From assembly GCA_000165345.1 (NCBI GenBank), contig CM000430.1, positions 384,001 to 448,000 on the forward strand: 64,000 nt of DNA. The letters run 5' to 3'. Numbering within the stretch: position 1 is the first letter of the stretch; every line of letters starts with the position of its first letter. The notes under the pieces were generated by a model. It was not told the DNA's origin. It ran no database searches and was given only the letters and a program-made list of their open reading frames with translations. A program made the translations under genes and the position numbers. Below, in pieces: positions 11,201 through 19,484 of this stretch.

Positions 11201-11631
11201 CCGATAGTAAAGTATTTTGTTTAGATTTTAAAATAGAAAACCAAATAATTCAGTGTGTTTCATTATTATCATGGCTCTCAAACATAATTATCTCCCCATC
11301 AAAGTCAGCCCATTATTCATCAGAAAGTTCTTCGAATGAAAAGTCAGCATTTTTACCTGTTGCAGAGAGATCTGTTGTTAGAGTTCTATGTATAACTCAG
11401 GATATAATAAATTCCAAACTTGATAGCCGAATTTACCACAATTTAATCATCAATTTTAACATCTTATTAAAACACTCTGCGCACTTTATTATTTCAGTAG
11501 CAAACTCATTTCCGCAACTAAATAAGGCATTAAAAGATACACTATCTGCATTAAAGCAATTTATGAGCGGCCACCCATTATCAAATTCTTCAATTCACCA
11601 CACTATTAATAACATTGATGAGATACTTTAA
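8209..11631 (+). CDS. Large hypothetical protein (1140 aa), Ile/Leu/Asn-rich, probably alpha-helical solenoid
   Basis: Single uninterrupted 3.4-kb ORF in 70%-AT DNA with ATG at 8209. No catalytic motif was recognised. Confidence 0.6.
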   Translation: MSFHIEQKSLSFELWEYFYNDGDERLISSDCFQQSTENKYSRLVFALVSLLNGKDMKQNYLKDFHLEKSTAELYEICKYDTFSTKNSDDKCIFNLFSKLKQHVGDLNTCFVGINEFESLINFPEINEKYIVYLIFWVVVKFFESIKIVESDREFNQIVTCYLNLAYNIDHLIWDLIVSDYILSLRKKGIIDVNSITIELNDEVESLFFLLVSPYSICPTLCSLFLLLKSKVIRSRFKYINENCFFVSVINQIVKLIANTLKEISPDMAELSFTITVCRMISNISYDFNNELIQQLYLLRDYQKCMIPGLKRINPIFVDRFILYSFISIEQFWIKISKDEGFFSSIINHIPPLELSTSIISLMNPYKEFSKYIVILIVLFSLNNQLSNTGNVSKHAIEIMKKLVENPKEPVEILLKYFLFPDYTRDSSAKSNLYIFFRLLSNNICNSSVSLGIVKSICNLIQIHYFPLSETFLYNYLESFPKLVKLCNVDKETSRFDDEIKLNLLSLMNFEGCILIDEMYWLNSSLVHVLLNEINIEFEHILPFIHSISLSIMNIQSTINNQIFANYGYPINKVKTSQNKSNFKVNELHCQKIIKSSNFLFKTKNIDIIIILILDHISDWIKKNDKCISFEWLLKQSTLFINLNINNEYVQGYFSIFFIYLFSRIIEADKLDRKLITINFHIIPWKGILRWIDSWEGVFLQSVLNPRTWRVIFSEITAIIIPESLIIPSIPNSFSEIQSQYFSLSNVNPFKEKINLWLKDRKSLLESLKSKVTTLGSVKSTLKWLEMFYFEPNMAVYFTLECIFIRESVYVKEQHFQELYFEICSNEAKLREFITNPDTYIKNISNYLSEESSIEIICNISLIMLYFHEVIKHKNPIINHFQSVDFDIFCIIWNKYVNYSRTESQLTSRQISIFFSNIFCRNTNIAQQIVEQGFQYKSLNNRIDFNVYLERTRSFIDRICYITPQILCEHTILPKIANKLDKLLNTRSLIELWGKYNVTDSKVFCLDFKIENQIIQCVSLLSWLSNIIISPSKSAHYSSESSSNEKSAFLPVAERSVVRVLCITQDIINSKLDSRIYHNLIINFNILLKHSAHFIISVANSFPQLNKALKDTLSALKQFMSGHPLSNSSIHHTINNIDEIL

Positions 11632-11831
11632 CAAAAGCGAATGGCGGTAATTTCAGCGCCTACTTTTTCTTAATGGTAATGTGTTGTTAGTTCTTTTTAT
11701 ACTCGATGATTTTGGGCAATGACCAAGCTTATTCTTCATAATTCAAGATTGTGTGCGTTATTTTTAAGATACCAAAATATTCTTTGAAGGTTTTGCTAGT
11801 CTGTGGGTTTTACAAATACAGGAACTTATAA

Positions 11832-12329
11832 ATGAGGAAAAAAAAGAGTTCTTCACATTTAAATAACGAAAACTCCATAGTAGAAAATATTGAACGGCTT
11901 CCTTCTCTTGGGAAGGTTCCCGAGCATGAAGGAGCAATTTTGATGAGTTCAGAAATTTCGAAAAGTATGAAGCGTTCTTCTTCTCAAATCACAGATGAAT
12001 TGGCTATCTCTTCTTTATTAAGTAATGCGAAGTTTACATTATCTGTTATAAAGATTGGTGGTAATACAAAGACCAAATATGAAAAAAATACTCATGGCTT
12101 TATCGTTGTTCATATTTTATCATGTAAAGCAGATTCCCTAATTTATTCACTGGATAACAAATACGAATTTGTAATGTCGAATGGAAGCTATGTGCATATT
12201 CCTCCTAACCATTTCTTCTCCTTCAAAAATTTATCTAATGAGTCTGCAAAGATATCTTTCGTTGTACTTCCAAAGAGAATTAGGGAAGTTGGTAGTGAAC
12301 CTGCATTTCATCGTCCTATTGTTGACTAA
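11832..12329 (+). CDS. Small protein with a cupin-like C-terminal domain resembling the CENP-C/Mif2 cupin
   Basis: 165-aa ORF. The C-terminal segment THGFIVVHILSCKADSLIYSLDNKYEFVMSNGSYVHIPPNHFFSFKNLSNESAKISFVVLP follows the beta-strand pattern of the CENP-C/Mif2 dimerisation cupin (G.xF.VP..N.Y...N.S...AKLFF). The N-terminus is Ser/Lys-rich and disordered. No CENP-C motif is present. Confidence 0.45.
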   Translation: MRKKKSSSHLNNENSIVENIERLPSLGKVPEHEGAILMSSEISKSMKRSSSQITDELAISSLLSNAKFTLSVIKIGGNTKTKYEKNTHGFIVVHILSCKADSLIYSLDNKYEFVMSNGSYVHIPPNHFFSFKNLSNESAKISFVVLPKRIREVGSEPAFHRPIVD

Positions 12330-13246
12330 ATTAAAAATTATATTTTATTGACTTTTTTTTGTTGCTTAGCGAGATTTCATCTGGTAAAATTCTTATTTCA
12401 ATTTGTCAAGAAAAACTATTTACAAAATTCATCAGTTTCAAAATTAAGAATATGCTTGGTTTTTATTGAGTAAAATATTATCCTCTAAAAGTAACTACTC
12501 GATATATTAATTTGTAGCTAAGTTTTAAATAATTTTAACATTTTTCAGAATAATATCTTCATTGGAAATTAGCCATCTCAGCGTAATAGTTAACTTGTTG
12601 CACGAGTAAATTTGAGTTCTTAATGATAATTATTATTTAAAATTCTCTATTTATTGATTATTGGGAATTATTATAACTGGAGTATATTTAGTTATTTTGA
12701 TTAATATTTTTAGAATTAAATTTAGCAGGTCTCAAACTCTTAATTACTATGAAATTTTGCTTTTCTAGCCTGTTATTTCTAATATCTCCGATCGTCCCTT
12801 TATCAAAAGAACAACTATAGTTTATTAATTGAAAATGCGATTAAAAAAAGATATAAATAGACTATTGTACAAGATTTGTTCAATAATCACAATTTTAAAA
12901 ATAATCGATAGATATTCTTTTAAATATTTTATGTATGAATTTTCCGGCTCCACACGATATTCGATATAAAAATGTTTTATGTCAATCAGTGATAGTTAAT
13001 TTGATTGGGGATTAAAGTTTATAGCGATCACTTCATCTCTTAATTATAATATAAAAATTTTAACAGCCTTGTCAAGTATTAAATTTAAAATGCCCCTCTT
13101 TAATCGTGCCACATTTGAAATAATTCGACCAAGCTGAATAAATATTAAAATTTATATATTAGCATAAAAATCAACAATATAGTCTTAAAATTCTATTTAA
13201 TCGCATTTATATCACTTTATCTTTCAAGTTTATGGTAATTCACTAA

Positions 13247-13953
<707 letters not shown>

Positions 13954-14179
13954 AGCAATTTTAACTACTCAAATTATTTAATCAAAATATTATATTCTAC
14001 TAGTTTTGTTATAAATTTCATTTTCTTTTATTTAACTTTTAGTCGGATTAATCATTTGTTTAAGATAGCGCCAATTAAAGTACGACGTGTAATTATTACT
14101 ATTTGTGCCATTAAAGTCGATGCACTTTGAAATAAACTGATTAGATAATTACTATTGTGTTTCTGAAATATGTAAAGAT

Positions 14180-16159
14180 ATGGACAGAAATGGTTGGAGT
14201 GAATATTTGAAGAAGCAAAGACTTCAGGACTTAAAATCCTTAGCAAAACAACTTGGTATTTACATTAAATCCAATACAAAAAAAAGTGATTGTATCGACA
14301 TCATTCTGAATAATTCCCCTGACACTCCTCTAAGTTCCAATAATCTTGATTTTATACTTAAAGAAAAAATATCAAATGATCAACACAATTTTCCTTCTGA
14401 AACATCAATTTTGTCCAATATTAGTGAGTCAACTAATTTAAATAACATTAAAATAAGTGAGTATTTTCATACTGCTTCGGATACTATTTGCGATTCATCT
14501 TGTTCCATGTGCCAAAAAAACCTTTCCGATAGTATAGTTAACTGCGATGCTTGTTACAGACCATTTCACTCTCGCTGTGTAGGTTTTGATATCAAAAGAG
14601 CTGAATTCAATAATAATCATATGATGGTTTTCATGGAAAGTATATCAAAAAAAGATGGCAAAAAATCCAAGGCTAATTTAATTAATTTTATTTGCCCGTT
14701 TTGTAGATTCTTTGTAATCGACCCATATAACAAAATAATCAAGCCACTTTTTTTTACGACTTTTTATTCTTACACAGCAATTCACAATATACATCCAAAG
14801 TATGGAAACATTAACTTTAATAACTCAAGCCATCTTCCTCACTTTACATCTAAGTATTCTTTCTCTCCAAATCTATTTTTGAATAATGATTTAGAATCTA
14901 ATGACCCGGATGCTTTCAATATTATGGTTTATTGTCTAAGACTTGATAGAATGGATCTTAATCATGAGTTCCCAAGAGTCCTATTTATTAAAGCTAATGG
15001 AAAGGTTATTCAAAACATTGAATCTCCGAGCTACGATCATATTAGAAGAGATTGTCCATTATATTTGAAGGATTATTTAGTTAATAATCAATTGATGACA
15101 AAGCAAAATGTCAATATTACGTTTAGCACATTAAATGCACTACTTAAAGACTCAGAAAATGGTGAGTTGTTGCCTATTCCTACGGCACCGTATATAATTG
15201 GCTTGTTTTTAACCAAAACAATAAGTTGCGATAATATTTTGGATACTATACTTTCTGAAGGCACATTATCCATTGAAATTTCAAAAGCTCACTTCAAAAA
15301 TATTTTAGAAAATAAGATCCAATCATCTATATATAACCAATTATATGATGACTCATCAGATGAGATAATCTGCTTGAATAAAGACCAGTATTTAAATACC
15401 TTATGCCCTTTAACTATGGATACCATTGAACTTCCTGGACGTGGCATATTTTGCCATCATATAAACTGTTTTGATATTAAAGCTTTTATTCAAATTAACT
15501 CTACAATTAAGGCATTTAACACCAGATGGAAATGCCCCTTATGTTACCAAATAATTAGACCAGGCATGCTCAAAATAGACAGCTTTGTCAAGATGATTAT
15601 TAAAAACCCCACTATACCCAGAGAAAACAATAAAATTCTGATAAATTCTGAAATTTTTGATCGAATTAAACAAAATGAAGATATACCCAGAGAAATGCTT
15701 TTAAAAACCTCGAATTCAATTAAATACGAGTTTCCAAAGGCCAACTCGTTAAATTCGCCAATTAACGAGCATCTAACTATAATAAAAGAAAAATCTTCTC
15801 AAAATTCAGATTTATCCTTGTCAAACAATATTAAAGATTGTTTTGATTTTCAAAACGAGGTAATTGACATATCTGATGATGATGATGAAAATGAGATGAT
15901 AGATGATCGTTTTATAGTTAACGATGATGAGCTCAATTCTTTGTTCAGCAACTCTGACTACATAGATATAAATAATGGAAATGCGAATTGTTCTGAACAA
16001 AGCAAAGAAACAGTATTTCAAAATTATAGCGAAGACTCAATTCTTCTAGATAATAAAAAAAAAAGAAAAGTTTCAGAGGGCCAATTTCTTAGTCAAAGTT
16101 CTGGAAGGCTAGAAAACACTTCTAATGGTGACAAGACATCGATTTCACTTAGATTATAG
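14180..16159 (+). CDS. PIAS/Siz-type SUMO E3 ligase (SAP - PHD-like - SP-RING/MIZ - acidic SIM)
   Basis: N-terminal SAP motif (LQDLKSLAKQLGIYIKSNTKKSDCIDIIL). PHD-like Cys cluster (CSMCQKN...CDACYRPFHSRCVGFD). SP-RING (LCPLTMDTIELPGRGIFCHHINCFDIKAFIQIN...WKCPLCYQII). C-terminal VIDISDDDDENEMIDD hydrophobic-acidic SIM-like stretch. Confidence 0.8.
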   Translation: MDRNGWSEYLKKQRLQDLKSLAKQLGIYIKSNTKKSDCIDIILNNSPDTPLSSNNLDFILKEKISNDQHNFPSETSILSNISESTNLNNIKISEYFHTASDTICDSSCSMCQKNLSDSIVNCDACYRPFHSRCVGFDIKRAEFNNNHMMVFMESISKKDGKKSKANLINFICPFCRFFVIDPYNKIIKPLFFTTFYSYTAIHNIHPKYGNINFNNSSHLPHFTSKYSFSPNLFLNNDLESNDPDAFNIMVYCLRLDRMDLNHEFPRVLFIKANGKVIQNIESPSYDHIRRDCPLYLKDYLVNNQLMTKQNVNITFSTLNALLKDSENGELLPIPTAPYIIGLFLTKTISCDNILDTILSEGTLSIEISKAHFKNILENKIQSSIYNQLYDDSSDEIICLNKDQYLNTLCPLTMDTIELPGRGIFCHHINCFDIKAFIQINSTIKAFNTRWKCPLCYQIIRPGMLKIDSFVKMIIKNPTIPRENNKILINSEIFDRIKQNEDIPREMLLKTSNSIKYEFPKANSLNSPINEHLTIIKEKSSQNSDLSLSNNIKDCFDFQNEVIDISDDDDENEMIDDRFIVNDDELNSLFSNSDYIDINNGNANCSEQSKETVFQNYSEDSILLDNKKKRKVSEGQFLSQSSGRLENTSNGDKTSISLRL

Positions 16160-16201
16160 TTTCAAGTTTATAGGCAGTTCTAATATCTATATTAATATAA
16201 A

Positions 16202-18334
16202 CTAATATTTATATAAATAATTCTTGTTAACGTTTTTGTTTTGCTGAGATGTATAAAATGGAGGAGGATGGTGTAACGTATTCACTCCAACTCCAGACGA
16301 AGTACTTTTTCTACCGACCATATCGTTTAACTTAGAATTTGGTTCAATATTAGGTTCATTATAATATGTTATTTTGCTCGTATTGCTCCGATTTTGTTGC
16401 ATTTGTAGATTAATTATGCTAGTTTGATTGGAACCATGGCAATTCAATTTGAATTGGTTTGAAAGTTCTGGATTATTCGAGTATTTTAGATTCGAGGTAT
16501 TTTTACCCAAAAGTGAATTGCTCGACTCTGAGTTCGGAATTAGAGAGTAATCTGGCAGATTGTGCTTGATATTATTGTACATATATGCTCTTGGATAGTA
16601 AACGTGCGAATTTCCACCACAATTTGTACTTACTGAAAATGTGGAGTTGGCATTTTTTATTACTGCGCCTGTTGATATATACTTGGAGTTTTTAGTGCTA
16701 CTATTGGTTGCTTTCGTCGTATTATCATTTGTAGAGCTTAAATTATTTCCTATGAATCCTCCCCCTTTCTTTATTGGGTTGCTATTATTAATTGAGCTAG
16801 AGTAGTACGAAGCTGCAGATCTCATTTGCTGTATGTGTTTCTCATCAACCTTACCATTGGAAAAATTGGAAATGGCTGGGCTATTACCAAAAGAAGTCGT
16901 TTTATTAGTTGCTGAGCCAGAAATAAAGGTATTATATACTTGTGAGAAAAAGTTTCCCAGTATACCTCCTTTTTTCGAGTTATCTGCTGGTGGGTTTTTA
17001 TTAATGGAAGATCTTTTGTTTGATTGTAGTTCACTCTGGAATTTACTATAAATCGGCTCGTTGGACTTATTTGAAGTAATGTTATCGGGATTGCATTCTG
17101 GAGTAGCAAATTCAACAGCTCCAGATACTCTATTAACTCTAGGATTACTCACTGCAGTATTTGGGTTTTGAACATTTTGGTGTTTGTTACTGATCAATTC
17201 TCGTTTGCGTCTTGATATTTCTGAATATACCAAGTTTCTATAGTCATCAATCGAATGCTTAACATTATCGTTTATTGGTATAGTAATTATATGATCACAA
17301 TTTGGTTCTTCATTTGGATTGTGAAAAATTGAAACAAATGGGTGTTTTAATGCATCGTTTGCAGAAATCCTCTTATTTGGATTAAATTGTAGCAATTTAT
17401 CTAATAAGTCCAATGCTTCTTCGTTACAGTCAGCTTTTGGGTTTATTTTTAGTAGTAAATTCTTCCATTTAGTAAATATATCTCTTTTATTTGATTGTCT
17501 TATCTCAACTTTTTCTTTGAGCGACTCTATCATTGTTTTGGCAAAGGGTGATTGGATCGACTCGACATCTTCGTTAGAAGGGAAATCTATCACACCTATG
17601 ATTCTTTCAAGTTGATTCATAGTTGATGAACCTGGAAAAATTGGTTTTCCACACAATATCTCTCCCAAAATACAGCCCAAAGACCACATGTCAATCCCCT
17701 TTGTATACTTAGTTGATCCTAAAAGTATTTCTGGAGCCCTATACCATCTAGTTGCAACATAGTCTGTGAGAATAGGCTGATCATCATCGAAATTTTCAGT
17801 ATTTTCGTTAATACTTAATGGAATATTATTTGTAACACGCCTTATGTTGACAAAGCTTCTAGATAATCCAAAGTCTGCCACTTTTACATGGCATTCAGCA
17901 TTTAGAAGTATATTTGATGGTTTCATATCACGATGTAATAACCCACCACTATGTAAATATTTAATTACCTTAATAAGTTGATAAACTACATATTGTTTAT
18001 GAACAGGCTCCAAAATATTTGCTCTAATGACTGCATGTAGGTCCGTCTCCATATAGTCAAAAACCAAGTAGACATCTCTATCATTGTCTGCTCTTAAGAC
18101 ATTTAGTAAATTTACAATATTCTCGTGACCAGATAGCTCTGTCAATATCATAATCTCTCTAAATGTTCTTTGAGCATCTGTTGAATTTTGAAATGCATCG
18201 AAGATTTTCTTGACTGCAACTACTTCTCCAGTCCTACGATCAATAGATTTCCAAACTATGCCATACGCACCCTTCCCCAACTTTTTTACCAGTTCATATT
18301 TCCTCAATACATGTCTGTCAACTCTATCACACAT
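16202..18334 (-). CDS. MAP kinase, ERK7/MAPK15-like (TDY activation loop) with a long Asn/Ser-rich C-terminal tail
   Basis: KYELVKKLGKGAYGIVWKSIDRRTGEVVAVKKIFDAFQNSTDAQRTFREI..., HRDMKPSNILL, DFGLSRS, TDYVATRWYRAPE and DMWSLGCIL are present. The first 340 or so residues align with MAPK15/ERK7. About 370 residues of low-complexity N/S/T-rich tail follow. Confidence 0.85.
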   Translation of the reverse strand: MCDRVDRHVLRKYELVKKLGKGAYGIVWKSIDRRTGEVVAVKKIFDAFQNSTDAQRTFREIMILTELSGHENIVNLLNVLRADNDRDVYLVFDYMETDLHAVIRANILEPVHKQYVVYQLIKVIKYLHSGGLLHRDMKPSNILLNAECHVKVADFGLSRSFVNIRRVTNNIPLSINENTENFDDDQPILTDYVATRWYRAPEILLGSTKYTKGIDMWSLGCILGEILCGKPIFPGSSTMNQLERIIGVIDFPSNEDVESIQSPFAKTMIESLKEKVEIRQSNKRDIFTKWKNLLLKINPKADCNEEALDLLDKLLQFNPNKRISANDALKHPFVSIFHNPNEEPNCDHIITIPINDNVKHSIDDYRNLVYSEISRRKRELISNKHQNVQNPNTAVSNPRVNRVSGAVEFATPECNPDNITSNKSNEPIYSKFQSELQSNKRSSINKNPPADNSKKGGILGNFFSQVYNTFISGSATNKTTSFGNSPAISNFSNGKVDEKHIQQMRSAASYYSSSINNSNPIKKGGGFIGNNLSSTNDNTTKATNSSTKNSKYISTGAVIKNANSTFSVSTNCGGNSHVYYPRAYMYNNIKHNLPDYSLIPNSESSNSLLGKNTSNLKYSNNPELSNQFKLNCHGSNQTSIINLQMQQNRSNTSKITYYNEPNIEPNSKLNDMVGRKSTSSGVGVNTLHHPPPFYTSQQNKNVNKNYLYKY

Positions 18335-19169
18335 GTTTTTTTATTTTTCAATTATTTCTTAATGTAATTTTTACCAAAGGAATTCAATTGAGTTAAAAAT
18401 ATGGCAATAACATTTAGTTTAATAATCCAAGCCAATAATAATATCACCTATTCACACAAAAAGGATATCAAGTATTCTTGGAAAGTAATTCATAATAATA
18501 GAATTAACCAAATTTGAGATAACCTTTAAAAATAAACCCAATTTGAGCTTATTCTCTGTACGGATTCATGAAATAATAGTTATTCTCACGCCAGTAATTT
18601 ATGAGAAACTTTGGATTATTCCAAATTATTTAAACTTTGAAATTTGATCAATTTAGTTTGGAATTATTTTGCTTTTTCACGAATGCCTTATTCTAGAATA
18701 TAATAAATTTGTCAACGGCTCACAATAGGGATTCACACGCTCCAGCGCCCATGGTTATACGTAATAATATTATACAAAAATGCATAATTTTTATTTTAGA
18801 TCAAAACAAATCAGTTTTTTCTTACTAGTTTGTGTTAAGACTTGTTTTCTTCAGCTCGTTAAGCATATAAAAGCATGCAATAATAAATTGCCAGACTAAC
18901 TACTTTAACAACCTAACTATGCAATGTAAATATTACCTTTATGAATTTATAACCTAGATATTCCTACAGAATACTAATGACCTATATATATCAATCGTTT
19001 TTTTGGGCTGAAGAGCATAATTTTATCTGCCTCTTTCGAGTTTCCCGAATTTTTTTGCTTTCCTCTAGCGGAAGAACAGGAAAATTCGGAATTCCAGTCG
19101 AACAATTTTTTTCAATCTTCAACTTGTTGAGAACATTGCAAAATGACCATTTTGGGCACTCACAGTTTT

Positions 19170-19484
19170 NGNCANTACATTNAATANATCAACNNTACTT
19201 NNAGNNNNNNANNTNNNGNNANTTTNNCGNNGGAGATNGATTGTNNAGNTAGNANTNANCTNGTTNNNTTAATNNAAANNTCAATTNNGGAATCTGANTN
19301 NTNTTNNNANTANNANTANNNNTAANNGNANAANATTTNNANGNNNTTNNTNGAAGTTNANTANNTAAATCNNCAGNNNTTGAAAATGANTTNNNANNAT
19401 CGCTTNNTNNNTTTNGNNNNTNNTNGCTNGATTTGCAAGCNCNTGAAANNTNNNANNNCNANATANNNNTGCNAATNNGGANAN
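19170..19484. other. Block of interspersed ambiguous bases (N), probably low-quality or unresolved consensus
   Basis: About half of the positions are n, mixed base by base with called bases. Isolated n also occur at 19889 and 20087-20088. The block overlaps the 3' end of the 990-aa minus-strand gene. Confidence 0.9.
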
